Source: Dehalococcoidia bacterium
GTDB taxonomy: Bacteria > Chloroflexota > Dehalococcoidia > Lucifugimonadales > JAGWBF01
NCBI GenBank assembly: GCA_034422875.1
Contig: DAOUJI010000031.1
Span: 31,604-95,603, forward strand
DNA length: 64,000 nt
Direction of reading: 5' to 3'
Shown: positions 1-9,542 of the stretch, in pieces
Position numbering within the stretch: the stretch's first letter is position 1
Layout of the letters: every line of letters starts with the position of its first letter
Notes under the pieces: generated by a model
Told to the model about the DNA's origin: nothing
Database searches by the model: none
The model's input: the letters and a program-made list of their open reading frames with translations, nothing else
Translations under genes and position numbers: made by a program

Positions 1-1
1 T

Positions 2-1942
2 CCTGCCATCGTCTACTCGGTCCAGTCCGGAGACCGTGTCGTCGTGTCCACCAACACCATCAACCTGCAGGAACAACTTCTGAAAAAAGACATCCCCGAC
101 TTGGTGAGGCTGCTGGAGGACGGCGGCATGATTCCCAGAGGAGAGTTCAAGGTCGCCTCGCTGAAAGGCCGGGCGAACTACATGTGTCTCAGGCGTTGGG
201 AGCAGATGGCCCGGTCCGAGTCCCTGAACGTCAACGAGGCCAGGCTTCTGAGCAAAACGCTCCTCTGGCTCCAGGAGACGGAGACGGGAGACAGGGCCGA
301 AATCAACCTTGCCGGACGGGACGCCTTCACGTGGAACCGAATCTCTTCGGCGGAGGCCGGCCAATGCACCGGGACCAGGGGAGAGGGACCCTGCTTCCTC
401 CGCTCCGCAAGGGACAAAGCGGAAGGCGCCCACATCGTGGTCATCAACCACGCCCTGCTCCTCTCCGATTTGGCGATCGACGGCGGCGTCCTGCCGGAAT
501 ACCAACACATCATTATCGACGAGGCCCACAACCTGGAAGAGGGCGCAACCCGGCAGCTGGGGTTCCAAGTGGCAGAGACCCGGATAGACGACACTCTGGA
601 GGCTTTGGCTCGTATCCTGACCGAAGTCAGCGTTCTGCTAAACGCCCCCACGGTTTCGCCGGAACAGCGGCAACTTGGCAGAGACATGGTGGAGGCGTTC
701 CAGCCCAGGTGGGCCGGTCGAATGAGGGAGAGGTGGGCCAGACTTTGGAACCAGATAGACTCCTTCCTTATGAACCATGCCCAGAACGGTGATTCGGACC
801 AGTTGAGAATCACCCGAGGGACCCGTTCACAGCCTGCGTGGTCCGAGGTCGAGCTTAACTGGGAGAACGTGGACGCTGTCCTCGGCGAGGCCAGCCGGTT
901 GTGCGACAACTTAGCGAATTTACTAGACAACATTGACGTCGAGGGACCCATCACCCCTGAGAGCGTTGTCCTCGACTTATCCGGCTGGGAAGAGAACCTT
1001 TGGGTGTTGCGCGACAGGCTGAAGACCCTCCTGGGTGTCGCGCCCCAGGAAGAACGGATCGACTGGATTACACGGGAGCGAGTCAGAGGAGGGGATGCTT
1101 CCAAGTCCGCCATCGTCATGAACTCGGCGCCACTGCACGTGGGCCGGGAATTGGACTCCAAGCTGTTCTCTCAGAAGAGCTCGGTGGTCTTGACCAGCGC
1201 TACGCTGACCGTAGGGGGCGAATTTAGCTACACCCGTGAGCGGACCGGACTGCAAGGAGCTGACGAACTGACCGTGGGGTCGCCCTTTGACTACCAAAAG
1301 GCAGCCCTGCTGATGGTCCCGGAAGACATGCCCAACCCGGACTCTTTCGGATACCAGGAGGCTCTGGAAAACCTGCTGGTCTCGCTTGCCCATGCCCTGG
1401 CAGGCCGAACATTGGCCCTCTTCACCTCCCACGCATCTCTGAGGAAGACGGCCCAGGCTATACGGGGCGCGGTGGAGGCTGAGGGTATCCGAGTCCTCGC
1501 CCAAGGAATCGACGGTTCGCCAGCCCAGATAATGAGAAGTTTCAGCTCCAGCACTGACGGCATAATCCTTGGCACCAGCAGCTTCTGGGAGGGAGTGGAC
1601 CTGTCTGACGGAGCCTTGAAAGCCCTGGTCATCGCCAGACTTCCCTTTAATGTGCCCACCGACCCAATCTTCTCCGCCCGATCCGAAGGCTATGAGGAGC
1701 CGTTCACCCAGTACGCCATACCCCAGGCCGCCCTCCGGTTCAGGCAAGGCTTCGGCAGGCTCATCCGCGGCAGCGGGGACAGGGGAAGTGTCGTCGTGGC
1801 GGACAAGCGCATCACTTCCAGGTCCTACGGCAAGATATTTCTCAGATCGCTTCCGCCGGTGACATTCAAAAAGCCTCCGTTGAGCGCGGTGGCCGATGAG
1901 GCCGCTTTATGGGCGGCGGGAGTCATGGAGCCACAGCCGTGA
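2..1942 (+). CDS. dinG: DinG/XPD-family ATP-dependent DNA helicase (5' end outside window)
   Basis: The frame stays open to the window edge; upstream of the GTG at 44 it reads ...GDRVVVSTNTINLQEQL. It has a DEAH box (IIIDEAHNLEE), a Cys-rich FeS-type insert (MCLRRW...GQCTG...GPCFL) and C-terminal helicase motifs (LTSATL, FWEGVDL, GFGRLIR). Confidence 0.85.
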   Translation, partial: PAIVYSVQSGDRVVVSTNTINLQEQLLKKDIPDLVRLLEDGGMIPRGEFKVASLKGRANYMCLRRWEQMARSESLNVNEARLLSKTLLWLQETETGDRAEINLAGRDAFTWNRISSAEAGQCTGTRGEGPCFLRSARDKAEGAHIVVINHALLLSDLAIDGGVLPEYQHIIIDEAHNLEEGATRQLGFQVAETRIDDTLEALARILTEVSVLLNAPTVSPEQRQLGRDMVEAFQPRWAGRMRERWARLWNQIDSFLMNHAQNGDSDQLRITRGTRSQPAWSEVELNWENVDAVLGEASRLCDNLANLLDNIDVEGPITPESVVLDLSGWEENLWVLRDRLKTLLGVAPQEERIDWITRERVRGGDASKSAIVMNSAPLHVGRELDSKLFSQKSSVVLTSATLTVGGEFSYTRERTGLQGADELTVGSPFDYQKAALLMVPEDMPNPDSFGYQEALENLLVSLAHALAGRTLALFTSHASLRKTAQAIRGAVEAEGIRVLAQGIDGSPAQIMRSFSSSTDGIILGTSSFWEGVDLSDGALKALVIARLPFNVPTDPIFSARSEGYEEPFTQYAIPQAALRFRQGFGRLIRGSGDRGSVVVADKRITSRSYGKIFLRSLPPVTFKKPPLSAVADEAALWAAGVMEPQP

Positions 1943-2838
1943 CCGACGCTCCGGTAACGCTCCACATAGACCAGCCCTTCGACCTGACGTCCTCCCTGAA
2001 CAGCGGTCAGTCCCATCGATGGGAGCGGACCGACAGCCCATATGGGCCTTCCCAAGAATGGCGCCTTGGCATGATGCTGGGCCACTTGATCCAGGTCCGG
2101 CAGGTCTCGGGCAACGGCACGGGCGGAGCATCCTTGGAGCTAAGGTCGGACCCGCCACGAGCCCCCGGCGACTTGACGTCATTGGTGAGACGTTACTTCC
2201 GGCTCGACGATGACATAGAGGGGATTTACCAGCGAATCTCTTCCGACCCACGAGTTGCGGAGATGGTGCAGCAGTACAAGGGATTACGGCTCCTCCGCCT
2301 GGATCCCTGGGAATGTTTCGTCTCTTTTATTTGTTCCGCGAACTCCAACATCCCCCGGATCCACCAGAACATGGAGTCGATGGCCACCTCTTTCGGCGAG
2401 CCTCTGACAATCGACGGACAAGTGCGCTATTCCTTCCCGTCGCCTGAGAAGTTAGCCGAGGTGGGAGAACAGCCTCTACGCGACCTGGGGCTGGGGTTCA
2501 GGGCGAAGTACGTAGCAGCAGGCTCCCGTATGGTGGCGGGCGGAGACCTGGACTTGGACGAACTGACAACGGTTCCCTACGCTGAGGCCAAGGAACGCCT
2601 CATGACCGTTCCGGGCATCGGCCCCAAGGTGGCGGACTGCATACTTCTACATTCCCTGGACAAGCTGGAGGCTTTCCCTATCGATGTTTGGGTGCGCAGG
2701 GCACTGAGCGAGTGGTACTTCCCCGGCATGAAGCCCCCCACTGACAGGGTTATGTTGGAATGGGCCCAGGACTACTTCGGCGACCTGGGCGGCTACTCCC
2801 AACTCTACCTCTTCCACGGTCGCCGCCTCCAGAAGTAA
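1909..2838 (+). CDS. ogg: 8-oxoguanine DNA glycosylase / AP lyase (HhH-GPD, OGG1 type)
   Basis: HhH-GPD motif VPGIGPKVADCILLH with the catalytic-Lys context, followed by FPIDVWV (Asp). A more likely start is the GTG at 1939, which forms a GTGA start/stop overlap with dinG. Confidence 0.8.
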   Translation: MGGGSHGATAVTDAPVTLHIDQPFDLTSSLNSGQSHRWERTDSPYGPSQEWRLGMMLGHLIQVRQVSGNGTGGASLELRSDPPRAPGDLTSLVRRYFRLDDDIEGIYQRISSDPRVAEMVQQYKGLRLLRLDPWECFVSFICSANSNIPRIHQNMESMATSFGEPLTIDGQVRYSFPSPEKLAEVGEQPLRDLGLGFRAKYVAAGSRMVAGGDLDLDELTTVPYAEAKERLMTVPGIGPKVADCILLHSLDKLEAFPIDVWVRRALSEWYFPGMKPPTDRVMLEWAQDYFGDLGGYSQLYLFHGRRLQK

Positions 2839-2981
2839 GAGGCGGCTTCAACGCCCAGTCTCCGTTCTTTTGAGCCTCCGGACGCCCTACTACGACATAA
2901 CAGCATTGACCACAGAACGGTTGGCAGCGTATCTTTGACTCGTGGGTAGGAAACTCTCATTACGGACTGGGAGAGGACGGT

Positions 2982-3260
2982 ATGGCTAGCCGCACTTATG
3001 GCCCTGGGGAAATCACCGCCTTGGGAGAAGCTATCTACCGTGAACAAATCCAGCCTCAAGTTGGACTGGTCGAAACCGGCACGTTCGTAGTCATCGATGT
3101 CGAGTCCGGCGATTATGAGATCGACGACAGAGACGCCACAGCCACCCGACGATTGTTGGAACGGAGACCCGACGCCGTGACCTATGGACTGCGCGTAGGC
3201 TATCGCGCGGCATACCGTAGCCCACAAGGAGATAGACGATGGCGACTCGAACTCCCGTAA
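2982..3260 (+). CDS. small hypothetical protein (92 aa)
   Basis: The ORF has protein-like composition (…GTFVVIDVESGDYEIDDRD…RPDAVTYGLRVGY). It overlaps the next gene start by 22 nt. I recognise no domain with certainty. Confidence 0.45.
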   Translation: MASRTYGPGEITALGEAIYREQIQPQVGLVETGTFVVIDVESGDYEIDDRDATATRRLLERRPDAVTYGLRVGYRAAYRSPQGDRRWRLELP

Positions 3261-4093
3261 TCGATGTCCAAGTGCATGCCTACGAGCGGGACCGGCCGGA
3301 GCGCCCTTGGGTCGGGCACCTGGTGGGTCCCGATGAGGTTACCGGTGATGATATGGTGGCAGCCATGGACGCCGTCGGCGTTGACGGCGCTTTGCTGGTC
3401 TCGCCGTACACCATGTACCGCTACGACCCCAGCTACGCGCTTGAGGTTTACGACAAACATCCGGACCGGTTCGGCCTTATCAAGCCATTTGACCCCGAGT
3501 CGGAGACTGTGGCTGACGAGATGGCTGAGTGGGCGAGCAAGCCAGGTGTGGTCGGAGCGCGCCTAATGTTCTGGGGACATCCGTACGAACCGGACCATCC
3601 CGGTCTCAATCGCATACTCGCAGGCGGGGCCAAAGCCGGCTTTCCGGTGAACGTCATGTGCTCGGGCCAGCTTCCCCTCTTGCTGGAGCTTGCTCGCCGT
3701 AATCCAGACACCCAGATCGTGATCGACCACCTGGGCATAGCACAACCCTTCTACCCACCGCCGCCACCGGAGCCGTTTGGCGATTTACCCAACGTGCTTG
3801 CGCTGGCGGAACTGGACAACGTAGCCATCAAGATTTCCGGGACCTGCACTCTGTCTCATGAGCCGTTCCCGTACCCGGACATCTGGGAACCTTTGGGGAG
3901 AGTGTTCGACGCGTTCGGTTTCGACAGGTGCATGTGGGGCACCGACTGGACACGTGCGGTGAAGCTGTTGACCTATGAGCAGGGTGTTGAAGCATTCAGG
4001 GTGACGGACCGGCTCTCGGATTCAGACCGGTCGGCCCTCATGGGCGGAACGCTGGCGAAGATTTACAACTGGGCGCCTGTTATAAGAGAGTAG
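3239..4093 (+). CDS. amidohydrolase-2 family metal-dependent hydrolase
   Basis: N-terminal VIDVQVHAY metal-binding motif, internal VIDHLG, and a C-terminal WGTDW…LMGGTLAKIY typical of the amidohydrolase_2 (ACMSD-like) fold. Confidence 0.8.
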   Translation: MATRTPVIDVQVHAYERDRPERPWVGHLVGPDEVTGDDMVAAMDAVGVDGALLVSPYTMYRYDPSYALEVYDKHPDRFGLIKPFDPESETVADEMAEWASKPGVVGARLMFWGHPYEPDHPGLNRILAGGAKAGFPVNVMCSGQLPLLLELARRNPDTQIVIDHLGIAQPFYPPPPPEPFGDLPNVLALAELDNVAIKISGTCTLSHEPFPYPDIWEPLGRVFDAFGFDRCMWGTDWTRAVKLLTYEQGVEAFRVTDRLSDSDRSALMGGTLAKIYNWAPVIRE

Positions 4094-4122
4094 GTTGGTG
4101 ACGGGCCGCTGCCCACCCGCTC

Positions 4123-5187
4123 CTACCAGGACTTCAGGACCGGCAGCACTTCTTCCGCAAAGAGCTTCAGGCCTCGCTCGGCGACGTCGTAAGGCGTCCC
4201 TCCGAACCGGAAGGCGACGTTCCACTCGAAATCGCCCAGCAGGGCCCGGCGTTCCTCAAGACCCCGTAGAATCTTGTCCGGGGTGCCCCAACTGGCGGCC
4301 TTCATAAAACCTTCCACAGCCCCATCGAGACCAGCCGCGCGTGCGATTTCAGCCTTCTGCTGATAAGCGTTGTAACCCTTCACCGCCTTGAAGTGGTCGC
4401 TGAGGAACTCGTAGTGGTAGAAATTGCTCTCCACAAACTTGCCCTGGTACTGACGCGCCTCGTCTTCACACTGCTCAAGGTCAGGACCGCATATGACGAA
4501 CTCGGTGAGCATCAAGGCCGGAGGCTCCGTTCCGTGAAATTCACGGTGCAAGGCTCGGCCCCGCTCGATCCCCGGCATCCGCATTTCCCAGGGACGGTCA
4601 GCGAACATAACAATGTGCGCGCCCAGTTTGGCCGCTGAGAGGACGGAATCGTCGCTGGCGGCAACGGCGTAGATGCGCCCGTCGAAGGAATGCTGCGGTC
4701 GAGGACGTATCTCCGTCCGGGGCTGCTTGTAGTAGGGCCCGTTTCCCTCGATGAAGCCTGTCCTGAGTGCTTCGACAATCATTGGCGCAGCTTCGTCGAA
4801 ACGCTCCCTCGATTCGTCCATGCTGATGCCGAACATCTCGAACTCTCGCCGCGCCAGGCCTCGCCCGAACCCCAGCCGGAGCCGGCCGTTGCTCAACATG
4901 TCGAGAACGGCTGCGTTCTCCGCAACCCGCAACGGGTTATGCCACGGGAGTATCACGGCGGCCGTGCCCACGTCGACGTTGGGGTGCTTGGCTGCAACGT
5001 GGGTCATAAGATGGAGATTGTCAGGCACGAAGGAGTAATCGTTGAAGTGGTGCTCCGCCGACCAGAGGCAATCGAAACCCGAGTCAGCGGCGATCTCAGC
5101 CAGCCGCAACTCCTCTTCCCACATCTGGCCGTCCGAGCCCTCTTCCCAGCCGTAGCTGGAGAAGATCATCATCATTCCTACATCCAT
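4123..5187 (-). CDS. LLM-class (luciferase-like) flavin-dependent oxidoreductase
   Basis: The motifs AEIAADSGFDCLWSAEHHF, LPWHNPLRVAENAAVLD and LGFGRG are characteristic of bacterial luciferase-like monooxygenases. Confidence 0.85.
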   Translation of the reverse strand: MDVGMMMIFSSYGWEEGSDGQMWEEELRLAEIAADSGFDCLWSAEHHFNDYSFVPDNLHLMTHVAAKHPNVDVGTAAVILPWHNPLRVAENAAVLDMLSNGRLRLGFGRGLARREFEMFGISMDESRERFDEAAPMIVEALRTGFIEGNGPYYKQPRTEIRPRPQHSFDGRIYAVAASDDSVLSAAKLGAHIVMFADRPWEMRMPGIERGRALHREFHGTEPPALMLTEFVICGPDLEQCEDEARQYQGKFVESNFYHYEFLSDHFKAVKGYNAYQQKAEIARAAGLDGAVEGFMKAASWGTPDKILRGLEERRALLGDFEWNVAFRFGGTPYDVAERGLKLFAEEVLPVLKSW

Positions 5188-5235
5188 CCAACTGCTCCTT
5201 CCGAATCGTTCAAGTTACACCCAGTGCGCCGGGAA

Positions 5236-6078
5236 TCAATAGCTGGGCTTGGTGGAGTACGGGGTCAACTGGAGTTCGTGGGTCCAGCAGGACTTGTCCT
5301 GAGTATGCAGATAGTAGAAAGCCTCGGCTATCTTGACGGGGTTCATCACCAACTCAGGCTGCTGCTGGACACGGGGGAGGGCTCTCGTGCCTGGAGAGTC
5401 TATGGTGCCGTCGATTACCACGTTGGCGACGTGCACGCCGTACTCGGAATACTCCTCCGTCAACGCCTGGGCCAGCGTGCGCATCAACACCCTCGGGTAG
5501 TAGAGCGACTGTCCGGTGTACCGCTTTCTCCCACGCAACGACTGCGAGTTGTTGGAAAACAGAATGGAGCCTTCGCCCCGCTCCCGCATGGCGGGCAACA
5601 CCTCCTGGGCAACCAGGAAGGGACCGCTGCTGGAGATGTGCTGAGCAGTCTCTAATATCTCGTAGGGAATGTATTCCAGCAGTTCTTGTTCCGGCGGAAG
5701 GTCGCGCCCCTCCAGGTAGCCCGCGTTGTAGACCAGCACGTTTGGGTCTCCAGCCTGCTCCCGGATCTCGGCAAAGGCGTTGGATATAGAGTCCCGGGAC
5801 GCCAGGTCCAGCTCCACGATTATGCTTTCGCCGCCCTGTTCCCGGATCGCTGCCTCCAACGGCGCCGCGTTGGCGGTGCTGCGGGTGGTCAACACGGTGA
5901 AGAAGCCCTCTTGCGCAAACTTCTGGGAGATGGCTCCTCCCACTCCCCAGCGTACGCCGACGGGCAGGTCGCTGTCGTCAATGGCCCTGCCGTGGGCCAG
6001 ATGGGTGTTGCGGCCGTCTGCCTGCCACTTGGACGTCGCCCCTATCACGACGGCGACGGGTTTACAGTTCGAGTTCAT
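5236..6078 (-). CDS. atypical SDR-family oxidoreductase
   Basis: Rossmann start VAVVIGATS…GVGGAISQKFAQEG and an NAG motif (VYNAGY). The Gly-rich loop carries an insertion of about 26 aa, and YxxxK is replaced by YYPRVLMR. Confidence 0.6.
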   Translation of the reverse strand: MNSNCKPVAVVIGATSKWQADGRNTHLAHGRAIDDSDLPVGVRWGVGGAISQKFAQEGFFTVLTTRSTANAAPLEAAIREQGGESIIVELDLASRDSISNAFAEIREQAGDPNVLVYNAGYLEGRDLPPEQELLEYIPYEILETAQHISSSGPFLVAQEVLPAMRERGEGSILFSNNSQSLRGRKRYTGQSLYYPRVLMRTLAQALTEEYSEYGVHVANVVIDGTIDSPGTRALPRVQQQPELVMNPVKIAEAFYYLHTQDKSCWTHELQLTPYSTKPSY

Positions 6079-6324
6079 GTCCGATTCCTTTCGTATGGAT
6101 GTCGACTACCTGTGATCACTGACAAATGAGCCTGTTAACGGCGGTTATCCTGTCTGCGTGACAGAAATCCATGAGGCTACTGGTGTGCCAGCATAGAGAG
6201 TGCTCCAAGGAGGACAAACTTCAGGTCGCACCAACAAGATTTGACATGCCAGATTCAGCAGTTAGTCCAGCAAGTGAACTCCAGTCTTTTAAGGGTCGCA
6301 GGACAAAGACCCATCGGTATCTGT

Positions 6325-8436
6325 TTAGTCATATGGACGTTCCTTGACGGAAATCGTATCCTCGGGACCCTTCTGAACGGATGGTACGGACGACAACATA
6401 GACTCTATGTCTTCCGGGAATTTTACTCCGTTGATTTTTTCAAAGGTTGCAACGTTCGAATGTTCCTCACTAAATTCCGACACAATGTCGATCCCCATAT
6501 TTTGAGCGGCCGTCAAGTCTGCTTTAGCCAACTCCCACTCGGACAGGTGTAACCAAACCTGACTCCGATTGTAATAGGCACATGAATCATTCTCATTTAA
6601 TTCGAGAGCCCGGTCGAAGTCCCGTTTAGCATGTTCAAAATCACGTTTGCCTATATAGGCACTACCACGATTGCAATAAGCGTTGGAATCGTCGCTATTC
6701 AGGTCTATAGCCCTATCGTAATCATAGATTGCCCCGTCAAAATCGTCTTGATTTATGTATATCGTACCTCGATTGAAACGAGCACCGTAATGCTCTGGTT
6801 CCAGTTCTATGACTCGGTCGTAATCCCGAAGGGCTCGATCGAAATCACCTTTGCTGATATAAGCCGTACCTCGGTCGTAGTGAGCCTCAACATCGTTCTG
6901 ATCAAGCTCTATCACAAGATCAAAATCTTTGATTGCACTGTCGAAATTGCCTATTCTAAGATAGACCATGGCCCGATTGGAATAAGCATGGGCATGATTG
7001 GGGTCCAGCTCAATAGCCTTGGTAAAGCTCTGCTCCGCTAGATCAAAATCGCCTTTGCGAAGGTAAGCACTCCCTCTATTGCAATAAGCATGGACATTTC
7101 TCGAATCAAGCTCTATAGCCCGGTCAAAGTCACTGATGGCAAGGTTAAAGTCATCTTGACTGAGGCGTGAAATGGCCCGGTAATAATAGCCAGAAGAATT
7201 GTTCGGGTCCAATCCAATCAAACTGTCGCAGTCCTGTATGGCTAGTGTGAATTCGGTCTTGTTAACATACGCAACGGCTCGGTATTGATAACCATACGAG
7301 TTGCCTGGATCCAATTCAATCAACTTGCAACAGTCCTGAATGGCTAGGTCAAATTCATTTTTGTTGACATAGGCAACGGCGCGATGATGATAAGCACTAA
7401 CATCCCGTGGATCTAACTCTATTGCCTGGCTGTAGTCTCTTATAGCTCGATCGATTTCACCTTTGCTAATGTAAGCATCACCACGATGGTAATAGACATG
7501 GGAATATCTGGGGTTCAAATCTATCGCTTGGTTATAGTCGTGAATTGCATGGTCTATATCGCCCGTACCTCTATACACATTGCCCCGGAGGATATAGGCG
7601 TGGTCCATTCGAGGGTCGAATTCGATGGCTTCTGTATAGTGTTCGATCGCTTGTTCGTAGTTACCTTCCTCGGCCCGGGTCACTCCAAGAGTAACCTCTG
7701 CGTTGGCTCTATAACGGACATTCTCTAGCCTAATAAAGCCATGTAGATCATTGAATACAGTTTCAGGAAATACGCCGTGGCAATTGCGGAGGTAACGAAG
7801 TATCGGTTGTTTTAGGTCTTTGGAAATGTCGACAACATCGTAGTCTTCTATCACTCCCTCTGGTGGGAGCACGAAGATGCTGTGTTGAGCAATAACACGA
7901 TTAGCAGTTCTCCGTGGTTCTTTGATATAGGTGGTCATTGCACCATCTTTTCGCAACAAAATAACTCGTGCGTCTCGGGTGGGTGCTGCATAGCAAGCAA
8001 AAAACAATGCAATGAGATAGTTCGTTGTGAAGTCTATTAAGTTTGTCTTCCCTCCATAGTGTTGCAATTGGCTCAGGATTTCGAGGTCATCGGTCTCGTC
8101 TGTGTATTCCCTGGCTCTATCCAGGATGCTTTCCTGGATGCTTTCTGCATCAAAATGAGAGGCAAGCCCAACCCCTTCGTATTGCCTGTATAAACTTGAC
8201 GACACCTGATCATAACATTCAGATTCACCACGAAATATGAACTGACCGCTATGTGACATCTTGGTGAGTCTATTAGCGATTTGAAGAACTTCGTCTAGCC
8301 TGTCATCATCCTGATAGGTTGTGTTCGGTTGATTCATATCGGCCCAGTGACCCCCATAGATTCTTCGATCGCAATCCAGTATAGGTAATCGTAGTTGACA
8401 AAGAAACCCAGTGTGTCGGACATGACGCCAAACCAC
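6325..8436 (-). CDS. FRG-domain protein fused to about 12 tetratricopeptide repeats
   Basis: The N-terminal region carries the eponymous FIFRGESECYDQVSSSLYR motif plus LQHYGGKTNLIDFT. Residues about 245-648 are tandem 34-aa TPRs (consensus …AI.DYD.AIELDP…AY.NRG.AY..KGDFD). The gene is distinctly AT-richer than its flanks. A likelier start is the ATG at 8337 (MNQPNTT…). Confidence 0.8.
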   Translation of the reverse strand: MVWRHVRHTGFLCQLRLPILDCDRRIYGGHWADMNQPNTTYQDDDRLDEVLQIANRLTKMSHSGQFIFRGESECYDQVSSSLYRQYEGVGLASHFDAESIQESILDRAREYTDETDDLEILSQLQHYGGKTNLIDFTTNYLIALFFACYAAPTRDARVILLRKDGAMTTYIKEPRRTANRVIAQHSIFVLPPEGVIEDYDVVDISKDLKQPILRYLRNCHGVFPETVFNDLHGFIRLENVRYRANAEVTLGVTRAEEGNYEQAIEHYTEAIEFDPRMDHAYILRGNVYRGTGDIDHAIHDYNQAIDLNPRYSHVYYHRGDAYISKGEIDRAIRDYSQAIELDPRDVSAYHHRAVAYVNKNEFDLAIQDCCKLIELDPGNSYGYQYRAVAYVNKTEFTLAIQDCDSLIGLDPNNSSGYYYRAISRLSQDDFNLAISDFDRAIELDSRNVHAYCNRGSAYLRKGDFDLAEQSFTKAIELDPNHAHAYSNRAMVYLRIGNFDSAIKDFDLVIELDQNDVEAHYDRGTAYISKGDFDRALRDYDRVIELEPEHYGARFNRGTIYINQDDFDGAIYDYDRAIDLNSDDSNAYCNRGSAYIGKRDFEHAKRDFDRALELNENDSCAYYNRSQVWLHLSEWELAKADLTAAQNMGIDIVSEFSEEHSNVATFEKINGVKFPEDIESMLSSVPSVQKGPEDTISVKERPYD
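6493..7704 (-). repeat. tandem 102-bp coding repeats (TPR array) inside the FRG gene
   Basis: About 12 consecutive 34-codon units share the (E/D)L(D/N)P…AY..RG…Y pattern. The periodicity is visible in both protein and DNA. Confidence 0.8.
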
Positions 8437-8559
8437 GCCCTTATCACGCGATCGATCTGTTACTGTTCCTAGTCCGAACAGGTCGGAAATCGCTGACCCA
8501 AACGGAATTGAGTGACACCCGATGCGAAGATATGACGGTTAGCTTGCCCCTGGCCTACC

Positions 8560-9534
8560 CTACCCCACAGGCGGGAGGCCGGCCTGTTCGCGGACCATGC
8601 TGAGGTATTCGACCATGCCCGTTTCCATGGTGTACTTGGCGTGGAAGCCCAGGTCTTCCACCAGGCGGCGGTTGCTCATCAGCTGGAGAGGGTCCTTCAT
8701 AGGCTCTTGGGACACCGTGATCTGGGCGTCGGGCAGCAGGTCGCGGACGTGGGCGGTCAACTCGCCCATCAGCCTGCGTTCCGACCGCATGTTGAAGACC
8801 CTGTGGGCCGGGTCTGGGAACGTCAGGGCGAGGTACCACACCTCGGCGGCGTCTGCTGCGTATATCCAGTCGGTGGGAGTGTCGTCGGCAGGCATCTCGA
8901 TAGGTTCGCCCAAGGCGGCAAGCTCAGGCTGTACCAGAAAGTGGGGCGTTTCGGGTATGGGCGTCAGATGGCTGGCGTATGACCCGCGCCATCCACGGCC
9001 AAGGCCGAAGACTGTGGTTGGTCTGACGGCCACGTAATCCAGCCCGTGGGCCACGCGGTACTCCTCGGCAATCTTCTCGCCCCAGTGCTTGCAAGCTGAG
9101 TAGAGACCCTTTGGCTGAGGAGGCACGTCCTCGTCAACCTCTTCCAGGGGGTTGGGGTTGCCCCGGTAGACGGCGGCGGAGCTGGCATAGACCACCCGCT
9201 TCACTCCGTGGATGCGGCACGCCTCGAATACGTTGGCCGTGCCCATGCATTGCACCCTGAGATAGGGCACCATCTTCTCTTCCACGGCCCCGCCAAGTAT
9301 GGCGGCAAGGTGGACCACCCTGTCGATGTCGTACCGCTCCATTGTGAGCAGTAGCTCGTGGGGCTCCAGAATGTCCCCCTGGACGACGGTGACCTCGTCA
9401 CGTATATCGGTGATGTTGGACAACCTGGGATACATGTCGAACAGGACGAGTCCCTTTTCGCCCTTTTCCCGCACCATGTGGTGGGCCAGGTATGAGCCCA
9501 GGAATCCCGTGCCGCCGGTGATCATTACAGCCAT
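8560..9534 (-). CDS. NAD-dependent epimerase/dehydratase (extended SDR)
   Basis: N-terminal VMITGGTGFLGSYLAHHM and a YSACKHWGE (YxxxK) motif. The length is 324 aa. Confidence 0.8.
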   Translation of the reverse strand: MAVMITGGTGFLGSYLAHHMVREKGEKGLVLFDMYPRLSNITDIRDEVTVVQGDILEPHELLLTMERYDIDRVVHLAAILGGAVEEKMVPYLRVQCMGTANVFEACRIHGVKRVVYASSAAVYRGNPNPLEEVDEDVPPQPKGLYSACKHWGEKIAEEYRVAHGLDYVAVRPTTVFGLGRGWRGSYASHLTPIPETPHFLVQPELAALGEPIEMPADDTPTDWIYAADAAEVWYLALTFPDPAHRVFNMRSERRLMGELTAHVRDLLPDAQITVSQEPMKDPLQLMSNRRLVEDLGFHAKYTMETGMVEYLSMVREQAGLPPVG

Positions 9535-9542
9535 AGGTCCAC

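Noticed and set aside
4690-5655. 321-aa plus-strand ORF spanning the LLM/SDR junction.
   Set aside because: It is antisense to two recognisable genes and crosses their intergenic spacer. Its composition is typical of GC-rich shadow frames. The same reasoning applies to 9897-10829, 40645-41520, 16730-17527, 21237-22061, 47367-48215 and 61937-62686.
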